A DNA stretch of 64,000 nt from Euprymna scolopes. Taxonomy: Eukaryota. Every line of letters begins with the position of its first letter. Position 1 is the first letter of the stretch. Below, piece after piece: positions 11,602 through 26,380 of the stretch. The DNA lies in assembly GCA_053919585.1 (NCBI GenBank), contig CM132813.1; one strand, given 5' to 3'. The translations under genes were made by a program, and so were the position numbers. The notes beneath the pieces are model-generated. The model was not told the origin of the DNA and did not search any database. It saw only the letters and a program-made list of their open reading frames with translations.

Positions 11602-11932
11602 TTCCCCAAAAATTGATGGCCTTGATAGAGGGACGACTTAAACTTGTTGCTAATGGTTCGAATAATTGATAATAATAAGAAAGGGAGACTTTATTTCACA
11701 TATTTCTCATATGTCATTTCTCCTCTCTTTGATTTTTATACATAAAGTACATTGCACATTGTATAAAGACCATTGCCTACTGGGGATATTCATAATCGTA
11801 CCCAAGAGATGTGGTATATAGAACATTAGAAATAATTGGACCCACGTTTCCCTTTGCCGTTATTTCAAATCATTTGAAACCATAGCAACAGGTGTAAGCC
11901 TCCCCTCTATCAAGGTCAGCAGTTTCGGGGAA
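11602..11932. mobile_element. MITE with ~70-90 bp TIRs, TA-flanked
   Basis: ttccccaaaaattgatggccttgatagaggga.. is an inverted match of ..cccctctatcaaggtcagcagtttcggggaa; TA on both sides. Confidence 0.8.
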
Positions 11933-12399
11933 TATATATATATATATTAGTGTCTAAAAATAAATCGAGTCATTTTGGGTTAGGAACAGCATTACATATA
12001 AAAACGTCGGGGAAAAGAAAATAGAATAATTAAAAATGCACTCATATGTAATATTACACACGCTATTAAAAATGCCATTCGTGTTATCTTTCAACCGACT
12101 TGTTTACAAAAAATAAATCGTTACCGAATATTGTTTACATATATATCATCAACGAAGACTATTGCCAATATCACAAATTCCAGTTTGCAATTGGTGTCAT
12201 ACATGCGTGTAACAGTAAAACTAGGTATATTGGCGAAATATAAACACTTTTTTCTAAGGCTATTTATATAATTAAACTTTATAAAAGGGCACTTGAGCCT
12301 AAAGTGCAAAGGTCTCGGTATTGTTATGCACGAAGCCTCTAAAATATTATTAAAATAAAATGATACGGTAGTGACAATCTTAATACACCTCACTACAAC

Positions 12400-14400
12400 A
12401 TTTATTGTCTAGCAAATCCTGTCCCACTGCAGATTCATGATTAGGTTGCTGCTCAGATCTGCTCTGAAAACAGCCGGATGTATTTTCCCTCCAAATTTAT
12501 ATTCCAAGCGCTGGAAGATTATACTCAGCCTCACAATACATTAAAATTCATAAACTCTTAAAATCTCATCTCGTGTGGCAGGAAAATCTTTCTAAATAGG
12601 AAGGATGCAGTCGAATTACCACAAACGTACAGGCGGTTTTACAGCATAAAACTAGCAGGAGATAGTGGATCTATTCTAATAACATTTACCGATAAATCCA
12701 ATAAAGAGGAGCTACCTATAAAACGGGAATGTATAGGGACCAATTTAAAAGGCACTATTAAATTCCGAATGTTTTTTTCTATTATATACCCTTGGAAAAT
12801 ATCCTCTCTGGGAAACCATTCAACATAAAAAATACCTTTTATCTTTCCTCGTTTAGCTGCTAATTTGCTGGCTTGGCAAATCATCAGGACAACATAAATT
12901 AATGCTATATTAAACTTATTTTTCTATCTATAGACTCCAAAGATTTTCAATGAATATACAAGCCCGTGGATGTCAGTTTTATGTATATCGTGAGAATAAA
13001 AATTCTCATCCGTTTCTACAAAGACATACATAAAAGGGTAAAGAGGCATTATGTTCTTTGATTGTAGTGATGGATGGAGATTATTTAATTTCAAGAAAAT
13101 TTCACTCATTACGTGGCGCTACTGATAAATGGCAAAGTGCTGTCAACATAACACCGATAGCAGAAGTGCATTAGAAAGCAAGTGAATCATAAAGATTCCT
13201 GAAAATCTAGACAAATGTTCGCCAGTATTACATCCAAAGGATTGCCAAGTTAGGTTCCAGAAAAATGTTCTCTGGAAAACAAGGGCAGTGAAGTGATACG
13301 ATAAAGTATCTCATAACATGCATTAATGATTTCATTAGGGAGAACGTTTGTAAATAAGTATGTGACATCAGACGGACATGGAAAGTTCATTTGCGAATTA
13401 AAATTCAGTTCACGTATGACTGATGACAAATTGAAAGAATCCTAAATAAGGTTACACGAAAATTTTCTTAAAACAGAATCAAGGATATCGACCAACCATT
13501 CAATCAGCTCATGTTTGACTCGCCTAATCATAGAAAGAATGTTCCTTTAGAAGACAATCTTTGGGAATTCTCGGTAACTTGTACATAATTATTCTTTGTA
13601 AGTCAGATGCATCCTTACTAATAAATTTCTATGTAACTTAAGAAAACGTTTTGGAAGTTGAACTTCAGTGCTTCGTATCGTGTAGGTTGATATCTTTCGG
13701 AGCATTTAAAATTTTCTTTAATCGTTCAAAATATCCAATATTTTCCCAGTGTAACTATAGAAATTGAGAAAGACTCAAAATTATTATCCCTTCAAGAGAT
13801 TAAAATATCTATTTTTTTTCTTGAGAAGTTTGACAGCTTTATAATGGGTCGTGTTCTTGCAAACCTTTGAGTATTAATAGAATTAGCGAACTTGTGTGAG
13901 AATTCAGCTAATCTTGCCTGCACGCAGAATCTATTCCAATAGGATCATAATTTTTAAACTTGAAATGTTATACCTCGAACTCGACTAAACTATTTTCTTC
14001 AACAAGTCCAGTTACGGGAGTGCATAGCTTCATCAAGCTAATACTAGGTTTCCGCGAGAGAAGAGTGACTCCAGAAAAGTTGGGCACATGTGGTTCAACC
14101 TGCCCACCAGGTCTAGTACGATTAAGCATGACAATGCATTTCTGATGAGAACCCAGGAGTTCCACAGTAATTGTATTTAAACTATCAATGTGGTATTCAA
14201 TAAAAACCTCTAATTAACACTGACTTTGCGACAAAATATTCCAACGGGTAGATATTGCCCAAAACACTAGCAAGGAAACACAGATAGAGTAGGTATCGTA
14301 AAACCTGACAAGTAAACATTTTAAGGACGAGTAATCACCTCTTAAATAAACTTCAAACTTCTGAGTGATTACATTTTAGAAACTACCAACTCACAAGTTG
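12400..14400 (-). mobile_element. Highly decayed Penelope-like element (RT plus GIY-YIG remnants), related to 62260-64000
   Basis: Minus-strand LNNLHPSLQ and IYIKLTSTGLYIH*KS..RKISL (compare VYRNATFTGLYLNWFSF..RKINL in the 62321 ORF), followed by a degenerate VYEF*C..QRL endonuclease motif. Confidence 0.7.
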
Positions 14401-15409
14401 CGCTCCAACGACTGAAAAAAAAGATAATGAAACTGGTAAATTTAAAAAGGGGAAATCCGCAAGAGAATGTTTAATGAATTAAAAATAACGTATCGGTTTT
14501 AGTTTTCCTTGCTCCAAGGGTGTTCACTTATAATTAAATGTTATGACACATAACTTGATTTGAAGTGTGTTTCCTTCGACAGGGAAAAAGTGAAATTTAA
14601 TTGTGTAAAAAGTTTTTGGACTTCAAGACTCACACTCTGTGGTGCGTTTAAAATAAAAAAGAGAAACAGCAACATGTTTTTTTTAAAATATTCTAACCGT
14701 ATGTTTCATACCTTGCTTATTCAGTAAAGAATATAAAAAAGCTGGGTATGGCCTAAAATTTTCTTTAATTAAAATGTATCAATATCAAATGAATTTCCTA
14801 CAACAAATTAATAAAAATACGAAAACCACGAACTCAATTGGACAGAGAAATTTTAATGATGCAGTAGTAAAAAAAACCAAAAAAAAACAAACAAATCAAA
14901 ACAAAGCAAGACAATAAAAATGAAAGAAAGACTACCGAAACGAAAGCATAAAATGGAATAAGAATTTATAAAATGATGTTGGAACAACATGAAAAACCAG
15001 GTATATTACTGTTAATTTTAATTAATAAAAAGGATGTCACAGATAAAAAACATAAACGTTCCCACAAAACTCAGACCAAAACGCAATAGACAATATCATT
15101 TATGCACCAGACGTAGACAAAACTTTTCCCTCCTATTTTATAAGTTATGAAATCCTATTAAACATTGATTGTATCAATTGGACATACCCCAAAATAACCT
15201 GACTATTGCTTCAAAATCTGCGCTCCACAGAACATAACAACTTTGTAGATTGCATTTTACGCGAGAAACTAGTGCCTTATTTTTTTTCTGAACACGAAAA
15301 TCTTCAAACAGAACTGGCATGTAAATAGAACTTAGTATGTTAATTAGATAAGCATTAAATATATGTATTTAATTGCAACGCCTTTATAATTTACTACATT
15401 TTCATAATA

Positions 15410-16131
15410 TCTACACTTGTATGAATACAATGTTGTATGTGTGTGAGCTCGTTCCTTATAACCTCCGAAATTGTCGAAGAGCTTTCTTTCAAGTTTAAAG
15501 AAAATTAGTGGATAAATCTGGAAGTGATCTTAGTTACGTTTTGCCTCAGAATCTCTTTTTGTTTACCGATAATCGTTAATAGGAACTGTTGGTTTAATTT
15601 ATCATCGATAAAGGCCTTTATTTATGGGCATACTAAGCATCAATGATGGAACAACGGGCCGTGAAAATTCTACTGTGGATATTTTCATAGCGTTTTTTTT
15701 TAATTTTATTTATTTTTTTTTGCACAATGTGTTCTGTAGGTAAAAACTTCGCACTAAAATATTTTCATTCTTTTTTTCATTAACTGTAAATAATTTTATA
15801 AAACTTGGAAGTTTTCGTTTTTCTGTTTGTTTGTTTCTTTTTTTGTTTGTTTTTGATTTCTTTCTTTTTGCATCATGTGGTCTGTAGGTTCAAACCCTGC
15901 GCGTAATCTCTTAATAATCTCGAAAGAAGTCTTTATCAAATAATTTAATAAAAGAAACAGTATGTTCTCTAGAGTGCAATGATAGCATATATTTGAGAAT
16001 ATGCTACATCATGGAGGCATTTGAAGCTTCCTCCTGGTCAATTTCGCGGATTTCGATGGTAGTAAATTATAGGAGTTTGAAATATTTGTGATTATCATCT
16101 AATCACGGGCAACGTTGGGTCTCCCTGCTAG
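15410..16131 (+). mobile_element. Non-autonomous Helitron-like element
   Basis: 5' A|TC followed by a gtatgtgtgtg tract; 3' cgggcaacgttgggtctccctgCTAG|T; A/T target without TSD. Confidence 0.6.
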
Positions 16132-17153
16132 TATACTTTTAAAAGGCATGTCTGTGCATTGATCACTGTTTTTAGTTTTATATGTCTTCCACAACAGTTC
16201 AGTTTTGCATACTCTCTTGCTATGGTGGGCAGCACATCACGGGGGGTGGCTCTCTTATTTATTATAAACATCTATTAACCAACTTATTTAAATTTAACTC
16301 ATATAGTACTTCGCAAAATATCAAATCTTCTTCATGAACGAGTTAGTAATGCCTTGACGAAACCTTTCTTATCGCTGACGTATACAAGCATATACAAAAA
16401 AGAGGAATCTGTAAAACAAACAAAAAAATCCATAGATTTCCAGAATGAAGGTACAGCGACTCGTCGTAACCCCGAAAGAAAATTCGGCGTCGTTTCAATT
16501 TTTTTTATATTCCTCATACATTAAGTCATTACTCTGCTCTGCTATCCAGGTTTTCGCGTCTTTAGTGAAATGATCCTAATTTACTCAAGCGAATTCAGTG
16601 TCTTATCAGACCATTTTTTGACCCAGACGAACTCGGATTGTTTGTATTTCTGTATAAAAGAAGAGACGGAATGGCTAGTGTTCCTTTGCATCCCTTCCCA
16701 TGTTACAATTATATACGATCGAAAAACATTTTTCAATGGCAATGCACTATACTTCTAAGCCACTGGAATCAGCATTCTGCTTCACCAAACATGAACGGTA
16801 AATAACCTTTCTCATCCTTCCCCGTTTGCTTATCTACTTCTGATATTCAACGGTTAACTTACTCCGGGAGACTTATCCATCGAACTAAAAAGTCCATGAA
16901 CTCTTATCAAATTGCTTACTACATAACTAAGAAAAGGAATAATAACAGCGTTTTTTTTTCAGACAAGACAATGCTCCTCCAAAAACTGAGCGACGTTTTT
17001 TTTCGTTTCTTTTATAAATTACCAAGCTGCTTTCTCAAATATCAGACTCACGTAATTTTGTACAAAGCGTTAATGTACAAAAACAAGTGCACATACACTA
17101 GAATAAACACACACGCACACATACGAATACATATACATATTTATATATATATG

Positions 17154-17193
<40 letters not shown>

Positions 17194-17512
17194 TGTATAT
17201 ATGTGTAATGTTTTGTGGAAAGAATTTCCGCAAAATGCTCGATCATAGAGAAAAAATAATTCAGTATGAGAGCTTAATATTTATTTATTAACACATTGTA
17301 CAGAAGGTAAGAAAAAAATTGGTACCGACGGATTAAGCTGAGTCAGTTGATTTTTACACAAAATATTAGGCTCCCATCAGCCCATGTTTTCTATTTCTGA
17401 ACCAGACAACAATCGTTACGAGAGCCTAATTTTTTTGCCATTAACAGGTCCCCCTTATATTGTTTTTGAAACTGAGAGTTGCAATGCTTTTATAACCTCT
17501 CTACATTGTTTA

Positions 17513-17584
<72 letters not shown>

Positions 17585-18549
17585 ATAGGCGTTCAAAATA
17601 ATGAATCGCATATTTTATTTAACTAAAATGAGTCAAAGTAAATTAAAAAATGCATCATCATGACTGAACTGCAACACGTGTCATAATCGTGAGTCAGAAG
17701 TAGAGATGTGTAATTGATTGTTTTTTATGCAATAAAACAATGAACTTTTTGACATTAATTGTTGACTGTTGAACATTTGTGAAACTGAAAGATTTGTTGT
17801 AAGTCAAATTTTAATATGTATCAATTGATATAAAAATGACGATAGAGACAAAGTGCGCTGCGACACACCACAACAACTTATTGTTTGCAAAAATACATTA
17901 GAAAAGGGTGGTGAATATATATGAAAAGATAAATTGTGTAGAAAAACGCCGTTCCTTACCAATATCATCGTAAGTCTTGACTCTTTCTTTTCTCATAAAA
18001 AACTATGCACNNNNNNNNNNNNNNNNNNNNNNNNNNNNNNNNNNNNNNNNNNNNNNNNNNNNNNNNNNNNNNNNNNNNNNNNNNNNNNNNNNNNNNNNNN
18101 NNNNNNNNNNNNNNNNNNNNNNNNNNNNNNNNNNNNNNNNNNNNNNNNNNNNNNNNNNNNNNNNNNNNNNNNNNNNNNNNNNNATTTCTCATTTATATTT
18201 ATGTTACGAAGTTATTTTTAGTAATATACACATTGTAAAAAAAATACAAACTTAGATAATGATATGATATGTACAATTCTCATTTTGAAAACTCACTATA
18301 TCTGTCTGTCTTGCTATCTGTCTATTTTTCTCCATTTATCTAAACTGCATCCTATCCCAGGCGGACGGTCGCAGATCGTCGAGTTCAAAGCAATGCATTT
18401 ATTGTTAAGATGTTTTTTACGGTTTTATAAGGATTTAATGGTCTAAAAAAATTAATTGAAGGAAATTGGAGCTTGGCAAACATAAGTAGACTCATGTTCT
18501 TATTGCGCGTATGGGCAAATTTACACACACACACTCACACGCACCCCCC

Positions 18550-18612
<63 letters not shown>

Positions 18613-19243
18613 ATATATATTATTGGCATACGAAAAAGGAAAACTGGGTATATTTATATCGAAGGTAAAAAGAACGCCTGAGGGAAAACAGTTTATAAAG
18701 GTAAAAAATTTTAAAATAAATAAGGGGGTAGAGTTACCTGACTGGGTTTTCGAAGCTAAATCGAACTTCTTTCTATAGCGAACAAAATTCAGACGATGGA
18801 GCGACTAAAATAAAATCCTTGAAAAAAGAGAATACTACTTTAACGGACGTGAACAGTTTCCCAGACCTTCAGATGAAAGAAGGAATGAACGTGGCTTAGA
18901 AACCAAATGACCCATTCTGAAATTCTCCGCACATCGCTGGTTTTAAGCAAAGAGTCTGTTATATCAGAACCATACGTATTGTCGGCACCGTCCGTTGGTC
19001 AGTAGATTCCATTCCTGATTATGCTTGGCACATGTTGTGTGACGTCACCATCTAACCTACGGGGGGTTCCGCCTAACGTGTTTGGCACTGCGACTACCCC
19101 TCTATTTAAAAAAATATATATTTTTTAACTTTCATTAAACGTTTTCCCTATCGTCGTTCTTTTTACTAGGGGTATAAAAAATAAGTCTTCCTGTTTTAAT
19201 ATCACTAATAAATTTGTGTACCCACCCAAAAATAATGAAATGG

Positions 19244-19290
<47 letters not shown>

Positions 19291-19291
<1 letters not shown>

Positions 19292-20051
19292 TAGAAAAAG
19301 TACTCGTCGTTGACTGAGTTAAAAAAAAACAGCCTTCAGAAAATGGGCTCTGATTTATGAAAGTATGATAGGTTATGAAAAGGAAGGGCTGTAAAGACAT
19401 AGCTTCGAATGTGGCGGTATAAAAAAAACAAAACAAAATATGATGAAAGTAGAAAATAAAATAGATAACCTCCATAATTTATTATACCATACCTGTTCAC
19501 ACTGAAACACTTATCACAATATTCTGTGGATCTATATTAAAAACCTTCTAAACTTTGTGACATATTTCCATTCTATAGAGGGAAGGCGCGAACGAACACC
19601 CCATAATTTTATTATACCATATTTCTTCAAACTGAAACATAATTATCAAAGTATACTTACGTAGATAGATATGAAAAGTCTTTATAAAAGTGTTAGCCTA
19701 TGTCCATTCTATGGAGGCCAGGCGCGAACGCAGACCCCACAATTTTATTATACCATACTTATTTAAGTTAAAACATACTTATCAAAGTATTTTTATTTAC
19801 ATCTATATCAAACACACTTGAACACGTATTTTTCTTTTTTTTATTTCCATACTTTGTGAACAAGGACCGTACGCAGACCCCACAATTTTAATGAATCATT
19901 ATTATGCCAGATCAAATATACCCATTTCTGTGTCTTGATACATTTTCTATCATTATATGCAATCAATTTCCTTTAATAGTCAACCATATTGGCGCCTATC
20001 CGTGACCAGACACACACACGGACGTTTAGTTTTACATTCTAATATCACTGA
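19291..20051 (-). mobile_element. Non-autonomous Helitron-like element with internal tandem repeats
   Basis: Minus-strand 3' end ctcagtcaacgacgagtactttttCTAG abuts (TA)n; gtgtgtgtgtc tract near the 5' end. Confidence 0.55.
19465..19900. repeat. Tandem repeat of ~130-140 bp units (3+ copies)
   Basis: ccc(a)caattttattataccata recurs at ~19473, 19602, 19738 and 19880; ggcgcgaacg at ~19585 and 19721. Confidence 0.85.
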
Positions 20052-20744
20052 CATACCACATCAAAATTTTTATATGAAAATAATTATTTTGTTGTGTTAT
20101 TCTTAAATCATATTTTCATATTTTTGTATCTCATTGAATACATAGTCTTACTATTTTATTAAAGATTTAATTTAAAGAGTATACTATTTTATATACCATC
20201 TTTTTCTTTATTTTATTTTACGTACATATTTTACAACCTTCCTGTTATATTATTTGTTATATTTATTATTTATATTTTCATTAATGTCATTTTTACCAAG
20301 TCAATACTTTTATATAAGAATAGAAGTTTTTCCTGAGGAAAAAATTATCTTAATATAATTATAATATTATTCAAGTAATCAGCTTTGCATTCGCACCTGA
20401 AATATATAAAATGGTACGCGTTTTAGTTCCATTCCTCGACGCAAATACCCCCGACAAATTCAATATGACAAGCAGCAAAATAACATATATACACAGTAGA
20501 AATCTTATATGCCGTAAAGCGTTGTACTCTAATTATACCTCTGATATTACTTTTAGACTTTGGAATTTGCTTCCGACTTCCTGCTTACTTAGCAGTTTTA
20601 CATATGGTCTCTGGTTACCTCTCGGTATCACCTCATGCGTTCATAATTGAACAGAAAATCACACTGTACGTAAACTACTTGTAACTGACCTAGTAATAAA
20701 ATGAATCTAAATCGGTATATAGGTCAATTTTGTCTTTTCTATAT

Positions 20745-21849
20745 AGTAGGTTAACAAGAAAGTTCTTGCAGAATTTAAAATGTTGATTTCAAATGATTTA
20801 TTTTCAAATAAGTTTCGCTTATATTACCTTTATATTATATATCCGTTTAAAAGAACATTTACCCCATATCGAATCATTTAAATTACAATCGTTTTTAAAT
20901 AATTATGTCTTCCTTTACGAACGTTGAATAAAGATGTTAAAAAAAAGCTAATTTGATCATTTTTTTAAATTTTAATAGCAACTAGGTCGAAAATCAGCTT
21001 AAAAAGCTCGCGATACAAGGAGGCTTTTTACAAAGGAACAACTTCTAACGAACACATCAATGATGGTTATAGAATTTTTGTGACAACGACGAGAGGAGTA
21101 AAGATAATGAGCGTAGTGGTGGTTATCAGATGTTGATAACGAAAATTAAGAAGCGTAGTAAAAACGAATCCACGCACTACTTCGAGCATTTGAATCTGAA
21201 TCAGACTTATTGTATACGACTATTTCCAACTATTTCAGAGAGATTGGAGAGGCAAAATCCTGATAGAGGAGTGTCTCACAAATTGAATGTAAACTAAAAG
21301 AACTGCTCTCATGAAGTGTCATCCACTATTCTCTCACGCAAGCAAACGACCTGTTCACTGACACTTTCAGCAGCCAAAATTACACAAAAAGAAGGTCATC
21401 CCGCTTGTTTGGTGGTCGAAGACCGGCATTACTCGCTACATTTTTTTAATGCAGGGGATACTATTACGGCGGAGAAGTACTGTCAAAAAAACCCGAATGA
21501 AATGCATTAAAAACTTCGACCACTCACACCCCAACTATTTGTGAAGAGACGACGCCCATTTCTACTACGACAATGCCAGACTTAATTTTGCTAATCCGAC
21601 CTTGCAGAATTTAACAGATTTAGGCTACGGAACTCTGTCTCATCTGCTATACTCTCCAAATCTCTCACCTACCGACCCCTACGTTTTCAAGCCTCCAAAC
21701 AACTTTCTGTGTTACTGGCAAAAACACCTTTATTTTGCGTTAGCAAATGTGTAGTAATGGTGCTTATTTTGTTCAATTCTTTTGTGATCGAAACGTAACA
21801 TATAAGCTTAAATGATATTTAAAATTATAAAGTAACAGACCAACTAATA
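20745..21849 (+). mobile_element. Decayed mariner (DD34D-type) element
   Basis: Left TIR-like tagtaggttaacaagaaagttcttgc; remnants WWSKTGI, NAGDTITAEKYCQ, (H)DNAR and YSPNLSPTD; right end accaactaata. Confidence 0.75.
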
Positions 21850-22084
21850 TGTTGATCCGAATGTGTTATATAATAGGTCGGACACAATAAAGTGTTAGTA
21901 GTTATTGGTATGCCTGTCGATCTATCTATATATGTATTATCGATGTATCTTTCGATCTATCCATTTATCTATAGATGTATAAACGATTTATATCGATAAT
22001 GTTATATTTATATTTCTGTATCTATCCATCTCGATCTATCTATCAAACTGAAGAAATAAAACAAGAGATAGATTTAAAGAATTT

Positions 22085-22741
22085 TGTAAAAATCCTGTCA
22101 AAATATGACAGGGTTGGATTGTAGACAAGTTTACCGGAATATCTGGTTAACTGATATGATCTAAGTGTTTGTTCACACGTGATCAGATTAGCTAGATATT
22201 ACATTGGAGTTGGAATTTGGACGCTGAGCAGAGCAAACGGCTATATAGATCGTCCTCCCTTACCGGGGAGAGGGCTGACGTGTCTCAGAATGTAGACCTT
22301 GAATTAACCACGCACGCAAATATATTCAGTTTCCATTCTTCTAGGATGTGCATCCAGAAAGTGAATAAAAGCTATATAAAACAAACCAGCATGCTTGGAA
22401 GTAAATGAATATTCGTCCAAACAGGTTCTAGCTTCCCCTCCCAGAACAAGAATAATTCTAGGTGCACAAGATCAACGACGCATGAAATCAAGGTATGTCA
22501 AAAATACATGCATCACCAATTCACATACAAACTCGCATATGAACAATTATATATAAATATAAAATAAATAGACAGCAACAACACAACTAATGGTTAAAAT
22601 AGTGAAGAATCAACAATAGATATTTAGGACACGTATACACATTAATATGAACCCTTCGTCCCAAGTACAGATATCCACATACCCCTTTATGGTGCACATT
22701 ACACGACGGGCCCCCTTTTTAGCCACGCACATAATATAACA
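22085..22741 (+). mobile_element. Diverged solo LTR related to the 4907-9055 LTRs (boundaries approximate)
   Basis: Shares blocks gctgacgtgt, gtgaataaaa, tccaa(a)cagg..agct(t)cccctcc and aaggtatgt.aaaaatacatg in the same order, and ends atataaca; no TSD found. Confidence 0.7.
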
Positions 22742-22960
22742 TACCACTTGCTGTTACTCAAAATATAACAAATTGACATGTTTGATAAAGCAAAAATATA
22801 TGTTTGATTTTCTTCTATATCTGATTTTTAGAAATATTTATTCAATAAATTAAATATTACTCCTGTTCAATACCACGTAGTGACGCATTAGTGATTACAT
22901 TATTAATGTCAAGGGGGATCTTAAATGTTATTTACGTTCACCGTATTATTATCTCGGCGA

Positions 22961-23008
<48 letters not shown>

Positions 23009-23824
23009 TATATATATATATATATCATCAAGTCTATGAAAACATATTTGCGAAATAACATGATTCTATTACTTAGGACCGTCCATTTTTTATACAATAC
23101 TGTATTTCAAATACTTTATTTCAAATGAGGAGGTACATTAAAACGTTGTGTTATGAGACCAAAAGCGAATGGGGGGGCAGTCGGGGTTTATCAACTTTCG
23201 CTATTCCCTAAGCTCACCATAACAACAATAAGACACAGGAAATATGCAAGTGTATGAATATATAAGCCATATATATATTTGTATATTTTTACATAGCATC
23301 ACCACTTATCAAGGTCAAGAAGTCACTCGAGGATAAGTGTAAAAGTACAGTAGAAATTGGACAATATAGTAATTATTAGTAATGGAAATTCGATAAATGT
23401 TTTAACTTATATGGGGCGGATCATCAAACACTTGTTTATGTTAGACTTGAAGACACCCATAAAACATAAAAAAACACAACTCAAGTGGGTATGTGTTTTT
23501 TTAATGAAGAAAATCAAATTTTACAATTGTAGCAAATATTAAAATAAAATGGTCCATAAATCTCAGTAGTGGAATTCAGCGGTTGTCATATTAATACGAT
23601 AGTGTGTGTGTTACTTTCTCTGTCATGCGTACATCCGGGTCGTTTAATCGTTCTGTATTTACATTTCTTGTCATAAATAATTTAACCAAGAATACTTCAT
23701 AAGTTTTGCTTTGGGTTTAAATTATAACTGATTTCACTTATATCATCTATTTCTTAATATATGATTTTATAAAGAAGTCTTCATAAGTTTTGGTTTTGAT
23801 TTCTATTATGGCTAGGACCCTAAG

Positions 23825-23908
<84 letters not shown>

Positions 23909-25499
23909 GGGTGTAGGTGTGTGTATATACAATGAAATAAGAATTACAATTAAGTTTACCAACCTAATCTAAAATAGCAAGCTTAAAGTTTATTATAAAT
24001 ATTAAATACTTAACATTTATGAAGTACTCCTAACTAGATATAAAACCTCAGTTAAAACCAAATAGAGTTTATAATAAGAAAAAAGAATTAATAAAACGTG
24101 TTAAACAATCTTAAGAAGAGTTAAGACCATATTTAATTTTAAAGAAAGGAGACACAGATTAAGTGGACTGACCTTAATTTGTGTAGTTCGAAAGAAATAC
24201 TTTACTTCTCATCAGAGGTAGAAATTAGCAGAATGCGGAATCTGAGGCTTCTTGCAAAGTATTTAATGAAACTACAAGTAAGCCATAGAGCGTACTTGTT
24301 AAAAGTTATAAAAAACGTAAAGCAGAGGGAATTGGGGGAAAAAGAAAAATGATTTCACGTGAATGGATGGTCGAGAGAAGAGTAGAATATCCAACAACGG
24401 TAAATTCCAAGAAATGTTGGTAAAATGCCGTTATCCAGAAGTAAAAATCCAAAGGAATTGCATTACTGGAAGATATTTCGATGCCATCCCAAAGGTAAAC
24501 TTCCGTGAAATATTTTACAAATGCGTACAAGGAAAAAGAGTGAGTCCAATATATTATTATAAAACGAAAAATAAATTGTGCGTTGAATAGAGAAATGGAG
24601 ATATTTTAAGACGTTTCTGCCGAAGCCGAGTTTCTAAATACGAATATATAAGCAAAAAACGATGGACGAGGATTGAGGTTTTTTTTTAGGATAGAAAAGT
24701 TAATTTCAGGATTACCAGACAAAATACCAGTATATACAAATATTTTTTCATAATTTATATTTCAGTTCCGATTCAAGCCGATGCACCCAATTCATATATA
24801 GATATTATTTTTTAATTTTTGAAAAGGCTATTTATAATATATGAAAATCGATAGAACGTTATAATATATATACAATCTGCAAGAATTAAACTATCATATT
24901 TAAGCGTACTTTACGAGCGGCTTTTGCCGGTCGTTCGCGGTAGCTTAGATAAATTCTGCTGCAGTTTTAGCAAAAAAGCTATAATAATATCAGAGCCTCA
25001 TCATTTACAATGAACATCTACAGAATTCTAACATCAGTATATTACATACGAATAGATCCCTTGTGGAATTTATACGGGCCCCGCTACATGGTAATTATTA
25101 TTCCATCGTTATTATTCAAAAACTGTTCGATATGCTTGATTTGAAATAAGTGTAAAATTTAAACTTTCTGAAGTCTATTCATAAACTTTATTGGATCTTT
25201 GGGTAATATTAGATGAGATTATTTTGAGTGATAGAATGATGATTTTCATATAAGCCTTAAAATCTATGTATGTTTTTCGTATAAAATAAACATATATATT
25301 CCAAACGAAAACAGTAAAAAAAGTCATACATGATTACTATAGAAAACGTATTTATTTTCAATGGATGCCAAACTTGCCAGTTTCATCCGAATGTCTGCAC
25401 AGAACAATTCCTGACCTTTGTACGAAAGGAAAATACTTTAACAATAATAACGACGTTATCGACAAATATGTTTCTGTTTCATTTAACAGATAGTGTACC

Positions 25500-26380
25500 A
25501 TTTACTGAGCGTACGATGAGGAAAACTTCCCATCTCGGAACATTGACAGTAAACCATCTAATCGATTATGAGCATCGACGATTGCCAGCGTTCTCGTATG
25601 AAGAACTTCCGTTTCTTTTCTACTTGAGTGCCTTTGTAATATAAAATCCATTCAGTAACATATTCGATGTATGAACAAATGTAAAAGACTTTCCTCCAGG
25701 GTTGACCTTTTTTCTATTCCGGGTTCTGCTTATAGAAAATACTGACTGCGATGGTCAATTCGATTAGGTAAACATATACTTACCATTCGGCAACAGGATA
25801 AAAAGTGAATTATGAGAAGAATTATGCGCAAACTCATCGGCATCATCGCCAACAACATCGACAGTTTTATCATAATTCAATCTTTGAACCGAAGTTTTCC
25901 CACCACAAACCTTTCAATTCTCGTGCATTCCACAGATACAAGTACTTCTGTAAGATTTTCCATCCATCTTATATTAGTAATATCATGACTACACATGTTT
26001 AAATATTGCGGTTCCATAACTATCTGAAGGAAAGTTTAAATCACAATTCGAAATTTCAGACAAGTTATGGGGCATTGATTTTCCAAGCTTAAGAAGGTTT
26101 CAATGTCATGGAAGCTTCGGTTTCCATTACTTTAACTTATATTGCGTGATAACTGTATTTAATAATGCCACTTATAGTTATTCGCCAAGTACAACTAGAT
26201 GTTTTAAGTCGTCGTAATAGTGAAAAGCACACTTTGTACTTTTGAATTTGTAAACACTTTGAACATTTTTCATCCAATATATTTCTGTATAATCAGAGTC
26301 TATATTTTGAGTTGTTTCCGCTCTGACGATATTTGAAGTGAAGTTTGATACGTTTACGCATGTAGAATATGTATACCTCT
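25500..26380 (-). mobile_element. Possible very old L1/Tx1-like ORF2 C-terminal remnant
   Basis: Minus-strand fragments ITNIRW..KIL, a CRCC..H region, PWRK and KRKFFIRERW resemble a zf-RVT C-terminus; heavily broken. Confidence 0.3.

Noticed and set aside
14142-14166. CTGATGA followed by a GAAC/GTTC hairpin
   Set aside because: No GAAA follows stem II and no stem I can be formed.
19465-19900. CRISPR-like repeat-spacer array
   Set aside because: The intervening sequences are homologous to each other (plain tandem repeat), the context is eukaryotic, and there are no cas genes.
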